A DNA stretch of 64,000 nucleotides from Histomonas meleagridis 2922-C6/04-290x (taxonomy: Eukaryota > Protista > Parabasalia), in contig JAANOX010000142.1 in assembly GCA_020184695.1 (NCBI GenBank), positions 62,001 to 126,000 of the forward strand, given 5' to 3'. A model generated the notes under the pieces. It was not told where the DNA came from. It did not search any database and saw only the letters and a program-made list of their open reading frames with translations. Below, piece after piece: positions 1 through 8,607 of this stretch; position 1 is the stretch's first letter, and each line of letters opens with the position of its first letter. The position numbers were made by a program, and so were the translations under genes.

Positions 1-12
1 TCATTACTTGAT

Positions 13-3000
13 ATGTTATTTGAGAACAATTTCCAATTAATTGATTTATTAATAGGTATAGTCCCATTATCTAAAGTTGAAACAATATCTTATGCATTAC
101 TTGAAGCTTCATGTTTAAAACATGTTGCATTTGAATTCATTGATAAAATGTTAACAAATGAATTAAACCTTGTTAGAGAAGAAAATAAAAATGCATTACT
201 TAGAGGTAATCAAATCCCTTCAAGAGTTATAGGTTTTACACCTCGAATATTTGCTAGTAAATGGTTAATTAATACATTAAAACAACCAATTATCGAAATG
301 ATTGATTCACAAAATAATTATGAAAATAATGAAGATTTCATCGAATTTTTCTTGATGTTAGTTAATCGAATTTCGAAATGTTTATTAAATTTACCAAAAA
401 CTTTAATTATCATTATACAACATATATATAAAAAAGTTATTGAGAAATTCGAAGATTTAGGTTTACAAATTGTTTTCGGTTTAATATTTTTAAGATTTAT
501 TTGTTTGTCATTAAACTTATTAAATATGATTGATATACAAAGGCCTATTTCTAATGAACAAAAGAATTGTTTGAAAAAGGTTTCTGTTATATTAATGTCA
601 TTAACATCTAATAAATCAATTGAAGATAAAGGTGAACAATATAAGAACTTAGGTAAAGTATCTGATAAAGCACGTGATGAAATCTTTAAATCGATTCATG
701 AATTAATTAAAATTGATCCTGAAACTAAAGAAGATGAAACATTAGAATTTAATGAATCAAAAATCATTGAAACTTTAACAAAGAATTTAATTATATGTAT
801 TAATCCACTTCAAACCAAAATCGAAGAATTAACATCAAATGATATAAAAGTTAAAGCATCGAATTTATTAAAATATTTACAAGATAATAATCAAACAATT
901 ATTGAAAAGACTCAGACTACAAATACATTAAATTCAACATCAATATTATTCACGAAATTAATGAATAGTGACTTTAGTGACATTAATTTTTCAAGTTTTT
1001 CAAAATGGTTCTTTAGAGAGAATAATTGTTTTTATATGATCTCAATGTATATACCAAAAGTATCGGATAAAAAAGCATTGATATATTACTTCTTTAATGA
1101 AATCCAAAAATGTGAAGAACCATTTTATATATTATTAGATTTCACTAAATTCGATAAAACGTTATATCCTAAATTTGATTTAGTTTTAAATTATATATAT
1201 AATATACCAGAAACTATTTTAACTAAAATTAAAAATGTTTTCATTGTAAATCCGATATCAAGTTTCGTAACAATATTATTAAAGAAATGTCCACATATTA
1301 ATAAAGATTTATTTATATTTGTAAGAGATCCAAATGTATTAATAAAAAGTATTGGAAAGATTTCAACTAAATTACCAAGTTTAACTAAAGAAAGTTTATC
1401 ACCTCATGAATCAATCCATAGAGCATTTGTAAATAAAACAGATTCATTAATTCGAATACATGAAAAATCAATTCAAATAATACAAGAATTAAATTATCCG
1501 ATTTTCACACAATTTATTATACCGATTTCAACAATATCAGAAATATCATTACAAAAAGATAATAAATTCAAAATAAAACAAACGAATTCTAATTCTATCA
1601 TTGTTAAATCATCAACAGATTCGAATTTATATTCATTATTAAACATTGCTATCCAAAAAGGTCATTCATTTACTACTTTAAATAAGAAATTTAATATCAA
1701 TAAAAACTCTATACAATGGATCTTATTAAATATAGCTATAGCTAATACTATAAACTCGAAGAATAATGAAGAATTAAATAAAGCTGCTTTCCAAGTTATC
1801 AGAAGTATATATATTACTTATGATTTTAATCGTACATTTAACTTCTTGTCATTTCCTTTGGATTTAACATTGGAATGTCATGAAAAAATATTACAAATGG
1901 TTTCATTAGATATATCAAAACAAAATCCTTCTGAAGCGCCACTTTTCGTAAACGAGTTCTTTAAAGTAATTGATTTTATATCATCGAATAAGTTACCGAA
2001 ATTATTAATGTATATATCGCCATGGGTTAAAATAATATCTTTAGATGATGAAAATCGAGAAATATTTTTCGATAAATTCATTTCATTATATTTAAAGAAT
2101 GCAAATTATGACATTTTATTTAATGAATATATTTGGTCGAATTTTGCAATAGAAAAACAAATATGCGAAAGGTTTGATAAATTAAAAGAATTAAAGAATC
2201 AAAACAAATTAAAGATTATTATATACTTAGCACAAAAATTACCAAAAATTTCGTCGAATTATTTTAGTAATTTAAGTGAAAGTAAATCAGAAGATGATTT
2301 AATATGTCGAATTACTATAATTAATTCATTACTTGAAATGAAATTATTTGATTTGGATTTAATTCCGGATTTAATTTATCATTTAATTAAATTACGATTT
2401 AAGTCTTCATTCATTACATTTAATAATCAATTTTCTTTATTGTTTTATAATGTTTTAGGAACATTACAAATCGAAAATCCTCGAAAAATTCGAAAGTTAT
2501 ATTGTTCCGAAAGTGATAGTTCTGATGAACGAATCAAAAACTTATGTAAAATCGCAATTGTTTTATCAAATGAAATTAAAGACATAAAAATTAAAAATAA
2601 AATTTTCGATTTATTTAAGAAAGAAAATTCCTTATTAGGAACTGTCTTTCAAATACCGTTTTATAATGACAATGAAAATGATACTGAAGTTTTCATTAAT
2701 AAAATTATTTCCGAATTTAATATAAATTCCAAAGAACTTTCAGTCGCTTTATGTTTATTATTACCTTTAATGAACGTGAATGAAAAATTGTTAAATAAGT
2801 TCGTGCTAATCGCAATTGTTTCATTCTTCTTATTCCATGATAATATTTCTTTTTATTTATTAAATTATTGTTTATTAAAATCGTCAAATTCTTTCATGAA
2901 TCTAAACGTTCTCGATGAAGTGACAAAACTCCCCTTCTCAGAAAAACCTCTGTTTTCAATGGGGATATTGATTGGTTTGAATGACGTTGACGGTTACTGT

Positions 3001-3417
3001 CAAAAATCATTAGAAAAATATTCTGACGATGAACTTTTGTTTAAGATAATTTTGGGAGACTTTGAATCCATTCAAAAAACCGAAATTCCCTCTGAAAACT
3101 GGGTTTTGTATTTCTTGGTTACGTTTGTTCGATATTTAAATAACCAATCAAGGAATTATGAAAATATGTTAAGGGCATTACTCTCTAAATATAATAAACA
3201 AGTAATGCCTTTAAATATTTGCGAACTAATGAAGAATTTAAACTTTGAACCGAAGCATTATGATTTAGTTTTGGAATTCGTTCCATTAAAATATGATCCA
3301 AAATATAGAGAAAAAATTCCTATACCTGTTATGATGGCTATCCCTGGTACAAAGAAAGTGAATTTCACAAAAGAAGAAATTGAGAAACTTGCTGAATCGG
3401 TTCATAAATTTCAATAA
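13..3417 (+). CDS. Neurofibromin-like RasGAP (RasGAP + Sec14/CRAL-TRIO-like + PH-like + helical C-terminus); probably 5'-partial
   Basis: RasGAP motifs LRGNQIPSR...WLINTLKQPI and LIFLRFICLSL (cf. FLRFICPAI), then a Sec14-like segment (FYILLDFTKF...IKNVFIVNP) in NF1 order. The frame is open from base 1, so the true start may lie upstream. Confidence 0.75.
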   Translation: MLFENNFQLIDLLIGIVPLSKVETISYALLEASCLKHVAFEFIDKMLTNELNLVREENKNALLRGNQIPSRVIGFTPRIFASKWLINTLKQPIIEMIDSQNNYENNEDFIEFFLMLVNRISKCLLNLPKTLIIIIQHIYKKVIEKFEDLGLQIVFGLIFLRFICLSLNLLNMIDIQRPISNEQKNCLKKVSVILMSLTSNKSIEDKGEQYKNLGKVSDKARDEIFKSIHELIKIDPETKEDETLEFNESKIIETLTKNLIICINPLQTKIEELTSNDIKVKASNLLKYLQDNNQTIIEKTQTTNTLNSTSILFTKLMNSDFSDINFSSFSKWFFRENNCFYMISMYIPKVSDKKALIYYFFNEIQKCEEPFYILLDFTKFDKTLYPKFDLVLNYIYNIPETILTKIKNVFIVNPISSFVTILLKKCPHINKDLFIFVRDPNVLIKSIGKISTKLPSLTKESLSPHESIHRAFVNKTDSLIRIHEKSIQIIQELNYPIFTQFIIPISTISEISLQKDNKFKIKQTNSNSIIVKSSTDSNLYSLLNIAIQKGHSFTTLNKKFNINKNSIQWILLNIAIANTINSKNNEELNKAAFQVIRSIYITYDFNRTFNFLSFPLDLTLECHEKILQMVSLDISKQNPSEAPLFVNEFFKVIDFISSNKLPKLLMYISPWVKIISLDDENREIFFDKFISLYLKNANYDILFNEYIWSNFAIEKQICERFDKLKELKNQNKLKIIIYLAQKLPKISSNYFSNLSESKSEDDLICRITIINSLLEMKLFDLDLIPDLIYHLIKLRFKSSFITFNNQFSLLFYNVLGTLQIENPRKIRKLYCSESDSSDERIKNLCKIAIVLSNEIKDIKIKNKIFDLFKKENSLLGTVFQIPFYNDNENDTEVFINKIISEFNINSKELSVALCLLLPLMNVNEKLLNKFVLIAIVSFFLFHDNISFYLLNYCLLKSSNSFMNLNVLDEVTKLPFSEKPLFSMGILIGLNDVDGYCQKSLEKYSDDELLFKIILGDFESIQKTEIPSENWVLYFLVTFVRYLNNQSRNYENMLRALLSKYNKQVMPLNICELMKNLNFEPKHYDLVLEFVPLKYDPKYREKIPIPVMMAIPGTKKVNFTKEEIEKLAESVHKFQ

Positions 3418-3464
3418 AAAGCGAATTTGACATCTAAATTTGAATTAAAACTCGAAATTTCTGT

Positions 3465-4724
3465 ATGAAAACCGTTCGGGGTGTGCCGTGTTTAACAAAC
3501 GGTTTCTTTGGCAGAATGGATGTCGATTTCATAGAATCTTTTGGAGATGATGTAGCACCTGCCTTATTAAAAAGAGAAGACAGAATATCCGTTATATCAT
3601 TTGACCCTGCTGGTAAATTTTTGGCTGTTGGTGATCATGGTGGAAGAATTATTATTTTTTCAATTGACGACAATCCTAAAACAGGCCCAAAGTTTTCGTT
3701 TGTATGTCAAATTGAAGCTCATATTTCCGAATTTGATTATTTACGTTCTGTTTTTAGTTCAAAAACAGTTAATTCGATAAAATGGGTTCCTACAACTGTT
3801 CTTAACCCTCTTTTTCTTTCTTGTAATAGTAGTCAAGTTAAGCTTTGGCGTCTTGATTATACAAAAGAGTTTTCATGGGAAAATAGTTCTGGTAATTCCT
3901 TTGATACTTTTATTCCGCCAATTCCAAGCATTAAACATGAACGATATTTTCCTACACATGTCAAATCTTTTAATGATTATTCAGGTGACTTTAATGTTGA
4001 AATATGTTGTCTCGAAGATCAAAAGTCATTTTTATCTATAGGCGAAAATAATGTTTCCTTGTGGGATTTCGAACTTTCTAAGCCAGTAACTATTGTTCGA
4101 TCTACTCCTGATCCAAATCAAAGTGTAGCATATACAACTGCATCAGTCCATAGATCATTACCATTTTCGTTTTTGGTTGGCGATTCCTTAGGCAATGTAA
4201 AACTTTATGATTTACGACAACAACCAGAAGATATATCACCATCAATAAGTATTAGTTTATCCACATTCTCAACTGAAGCAACTGTTTCAGGTACACAGCC
4301 AATTTCATCAATTATATTTTCACGAGACGCAAGAACATTTACTGTTAGAACATTTGGCGATTTACAAATGTGGGATTTTCGTAATATGAATGCACCAATA
4401 GCAACAGCAAATGTACAATGGTACCCAACACAAATGGATTGGATAATTAGTGAAGGATTTATTAATGACAAATTTGATATGGCAATGATGCCTGATGGTA
4501 GCATTATAACAGGGAAATATTCTTGTGACTTTGTATCATGGAACCCAATTAATAAAACTAAATGTACACATAGAGCACAAAGTGCGAAAGCTAAAAAACC
4601 GACAGACACAAGGTTAGACTTTAATAAAAAAGTGACGGCGGTTGGCGCGCATCCAACAAACGGTGTCTTTGCAGTGGCGCCAAATTCTTCTTTATTTATA
4701 TTTAAAGGTAAAACACATCAATAA
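3465..4724 (+). CDS. PP2A regulatory subunit B55/PR55 (WD40 propeller), divergent
   Basis: ISVISFDPAGKFLAVGDHGGRIIIF and AHISEFDYLRS...NSIKW match the B55/CDC55 N-terminal motifs; DFNKKVTAVGAHP...AVA at the C-terminus. Confidence 0.85.
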   Translation: MKTVRGVPCLTNGFFGRMDVDFIESFGDDVAPALLKREDRISVISFDPAGKFLAVGDHGGRIIIFSIDDNPKTGPKFSFVCQIEAHISEFDYLRSVFSSKTVNSIKWVPTTVLNPLFLSCNSSQVKLWRLDYTKEFSWENSSGNSFDTFIPPIPSIKHERYFPTHVKSFNDYSGDFNVEICCLEDQKSFLSIGENNVSLWDFELSKPVTIVRSTPDPNQSVAYTTASVHRSLPFSFLVGDSLGNVKLYDLRQQPEDISPSISISLSTFSTEATVSGTQPISSIIFSRDARTFTVRTFGDLQMWDFRNMNAPIATANVQWYPTQMDWIISEGFINDKFDMAMMPDGSIITGKYSCDFVSWNPINKTKCTHRAQSAKAKKPTDTRLDFNKKVTAVGAHPTNGVFAVAPNSSLFIFKGKTHQ

Positions 4725-5267
4725 AAAATCGTGTGTAAATAATTACTATTTTTTGACTTGCTTATTAAATTGTCGTTAATCTGTGTACACAAAGTAATAA
4801 TATTTTCAAAAAAAAAATATTTCGAATTTCATCTTATTCTCCTTCAAATGATTTTATTCTAAAAAAATATGCTCTAATTAAAAAGCTTTAAATAAAAATT
4901 GGTTCAAATAAAATAATAAATAAATCAACAATTAATAGATTTCAAGAAAAACAGTTTAATAAAATCAATTATATTTTCATGGTGCGAATCAGGAAGATCC
5001 TCCTTCCATGTGCAAAAATGATAGAGGGGTTGCTTTAGAAGGCCTTCAGCTTCTGCTACAATGCTCCCTCTAAATTGCACATAAAGTACTCACCATAGTG
5101 ATTCCTGTAATCAACTCCGATTATTTCCAAAAGCGCTCATTTTGTGATGAAGGGTTTCACCCTCGAAATGTTTTTTTACATCAATTCAAACCGTTTGTAT
5201 ATTGAATTGTAATTTAAAGTTTGAATGATTTACAAAATATTTTTCAAATCGTCGTCAAATTGCCAAA

Positions 5268-5765
5268 ATGTTTTTTGCTCTCCTTGCTTTACGCTCAATC
5301 AGGATACCAATTAAACTTGAGCCAACAATTTTAACAACGGTCCCAACTGAACCAATAATCCCACCAGTTTCTATTCAAAATGATGATGAATACGATTATG
5401 ACGAAAACAAATTCAAGATCAAGAAAGTCATTAAGAAGATCAAGGATGTTGTTGACAAGACAAAGAAGGTTGTTGATGTAATTGATGAAGTTACAAACGA
5501 TGAAGAAGATGATGATGAATATGAAGTTGAATATGTTCTCGAAGAAGCCCCAGAACTTGGTGAAAACAAATTTAGACTTAAGAAGTTCTTCAAGAAGCTT
5601 GGAAAGGTTGTCAAGGTAGTAACTAAGGTTATCAAGATTGGTTCAAAGATCATTTCAGTCATTGCAAATGATGAAGAAAATTTTGCTAAAGTTGTAAGGC
5701 GCTGCCACGAAATCTGCACAAAGTCAATTCCACCAGTCTGCACCAAGAGATGCCTATCCATATAA
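5268..5765 (+). CDS. Secreted polyprotein resembling an antimicrobial-peptide precursor (signal peptide, acidic spacers, cationic amphipathic peptides, CX3C-CX3C peptide)
   Basis: Hydrophobic N-terminus; three modules each preceded by xEN (DEN, GEN, EEN); the two helical modules are followed by NDEE; codon usage rich in AAG/ATC/GTC/TTC, unlike its neighbours. Confidence 0.7.
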   Translation: MFFALLALRSIRIPIKLEPTILTTVPTEPIIPPVSIQNDDEYDYDENKFKIKKVIKKIKDVVDKTKKVVDVIDEVTNDEEDDDEYEVEYVLEEAPELGENKFRLKKFFKKLGKVVKVVTKVIKIGSKIISVIANDEENFAKVVRRCHEICTKSIPPVCTKRCLSI

Positions 5766-6262
5766 GCTTACTAAACTATGTGACTTATTGTTTTTTGACT
5801 GACAACCGTTTACAACCATAATTCAATGAAAACGCTTTTGCTCAAATATTTGTATGTATTAAACCTATCGGCATATCACAACGACCGTTTTCCTTGTGAT
5901 CGTTTTGCCAAAGTTTGTAAAGATAAAAAACATTTTCAATAATTATTGAAAACCCCAAGACATTAGTTGGCGTTCCTAGCTTCGAACATGTTAACACAAT
6001 GCAAACGAACTATATCCCCCCAAAACAAGGGAACCAGAAAATCGACCGTTAAATCCCGTCAAAAATAACCGTAAAAGTGATATTCTCTGGGGTGCACCAA
6101 AAATGCCACTTTTCTTAAACCCAAGAGTTTTCTTGTGGGCTTAAGGACAAGCTGCATTCACATATGTTTAATAAATGCATTTTTTCATATAACTCTAAGT
6201 AAAAACATGTTAATATATCATACTTTTGATAAAAATATTTTTGTTTAAAATAAACGATATAA

Positions 6263-7933
6263 TTGAAAAAAACCCTGCTGCTTCTACCATTTTTTGCTCT
6301 AATTGTAAATTGTGAAAGAGTACCCATCAACGGTAGTTACTATACTTGGCCTCAAGGTGATATTACATTTAGCAAAGGACAAGATGGTTCCTTAACATTC
6401 AAATATACTGGCTCTGCTACAGAATATGGTATGGGTTATGGTATGCCACTTGAAGTAAAAGGTGGTGATCAATACAAATTTGGTGCAACAGTTAATATGG
6501 TTTCAGGTATAGTCAAGACGACAATTGTTCCAGGTGATGAAAATGGTACAACTCTGACCTGGACTCTTGGGACTGTTTCATCAACTAAAACAGGTCAACA
6601 AGAAAATCTTGAAACCGTTGTTAATCTTCCACCACGAACACATCGTATCACGATAAGATTTACAGGTGGCTAACCTTCAGAAGGCAAAATCACTAACATA
6701 TGGTATGAATTTGTCAAACATTATGATGCTCCAGAATCAAATGTCACATTTTCCAATGACAAACTCGATATTCAAATTGATGCAGGCACCTTATGTACCA
6801 CAGTTTTTGACAAGACGTCAAATCGCACATGGATTAATAATGGAATAAGTGGAAGTTGGACAGTTATGGAAGTCTTTACACAATCAGCTAACTCCAAAAC
6901 GTTTCATTTTATGGATGGCTTATCATCATACAACATCACATTTGATCTTAAAGATGATGAATTAAGATGGCGGTCCATCTTTTCCGAAAGCGTTTTTAAC
7001 ATACAAAAGCGTCATATCATGAAGGTCTTAACATACCTAATGGAGATACAGTATATACCACCAGCGGTAGTTATCAGAAATCCTTTTCTAATCCCATGGG
7101 CAAATTATCCATGCCATGATATGGTGTTACTAATAGTAAGTCATCATTAATGTATGTCTTTGATACGCCATATGATGGACATGCTATAGTATCCGTAGGA
7201 TCTGATGGGTTATATACTCTCGGTCCATATTTTGAACTTGAAAAAGGACGTTTTTCATATCAACGGAAAATGCGTGTTTTGTTTTTCTCTGGTAATCATG
7301 TTACTATAGCCAAACGTTATCGAAAGATAGCACAAGAAAAAGGTCTTTTAGTAACCTTTACAGAGAAAGTTAAACGGAACACAAACATTGATAAACTTGT
7401 TGGAGGAGCTCTTACGTATGTAATGGGCTCTTGGAAAACATCACGTATTGACTTATTTAAGGAAATGAAAAGTTTAGGTATCCAAAGTATAGTAAATGCT
7501 ATGGGATCAGGAAAAGAATACATTGATTATCCCGAAAACAACTTAAGTGATATCTTAATTAGTACATATGATATATATCAAGATACAAGTATATATGAAT
7601 ATTACGAAAAAGGTTGGATATCATGGAATGATCGTTGGATTAAAGAAACATATCCTAATGATCTCTTCGTGAACTCTGAAGGTGAATTACTTACTGCATG
7701 GAGTGTCCAAAACTTATCAAACCCAAGTCAAATGGTTGATTGTTATTGTCCATGTGATGCATGTATACCATATTATGCGAAGTTACGATATGAAGATGAA
7801 TTAGCACGAAACCTTTCATATGGAGCTCGATTTATTGATGGCGACATACTTTAGAGACTGTTATAGTGATAGTCATTCATTAACGAAAAGAGAATCGAAA
7901 GATAAACGTTTTTACATTTTAGCCAATAAATAA
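6263..7933 (+). pseudogene. Disrupted, truncated glycoside hydrolase of GH101/GH129-related type with N-terminal CBM-like domain (bacterial-type)
   Basis: Bacterial-style signal peptide (MKKTLLLL, start codon TTG); in-frame TAA at 6671; frameshifts near 6970-7020 and 7840; LSMP*YGVT (W to TGA). Motifs IAKRYRKIAQEKGLLVTFTEKVKRNTNIDKLVGG, ARFID and ATYFRDCYSDSHSLTKRES. The family is recalled from motifs, not from a search. Confidence 0.55.
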
Positions 7934-8584
7934 TCGTTTCTAAATTTTTACATGAATAAAATGCATAACTTCCAATAGTTTCAGCATTTTCGCCAAGAAT
8001 AATCGTTTTTATATTATTGCATAATTCAAATACTTTTTCACAAATTGATATAACTGAATTTGGTATTGTAAATGAATTTATTATATTTCCTATTGGATAA
8101 ATAAATAATTTTTCAATATTTTTATCATATAAAATTCCATCATTTTCATAATTTGAAAAATGTAAAATTTCATTGGAAACATAAATAAATCGAAGTTTTG
8201 AACAATATAAAAATGGATTTATTGCTATTGATGTAACTAATTTTGGAATTGTAATGTTTTTTATATTAATACAGCTTTGAAATGTATAACTTCCAATCGT
8301 TGTTAAATCTTCGCCTAATATGACATTTTCCAATTTATTACATGCTGAAAATACATCTTGTTCAATTGTATAAACTAATATACCAATTTTAACTGTGGAT
8401 AATGAATTCCAATTTACAAAAGCTGAACTTGGAATTGTATCACTTCCTTCAATGATTAAATGTTGTACTGAATTTTATAATTTTCATAATCATTTGAAAA
8501 ATCATTTTCAGAATTTATTCTTAATGTTCGATTTTCATTAAAATAAACAAATTGAAATGAATTTTTATTAAATAAAATATTCAA
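7926..8584 (-). pseudogene. BspA-like (TpLRR) leucine-rich-repeat gene fragment
   Basis: Repeats such as LENVILGEDLTTIGSYTFQSCINIKNITIPKLVTSI. The N-terminus resembles the BspA at 49687; start appears mutated (TTG at 8584), frameshift near 8480, abrupt end at about 7926. Confidence 0.75.
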
Positions 8585-8607
8585 TTTGTTGTATCGTTTC
8601 CCCCACA

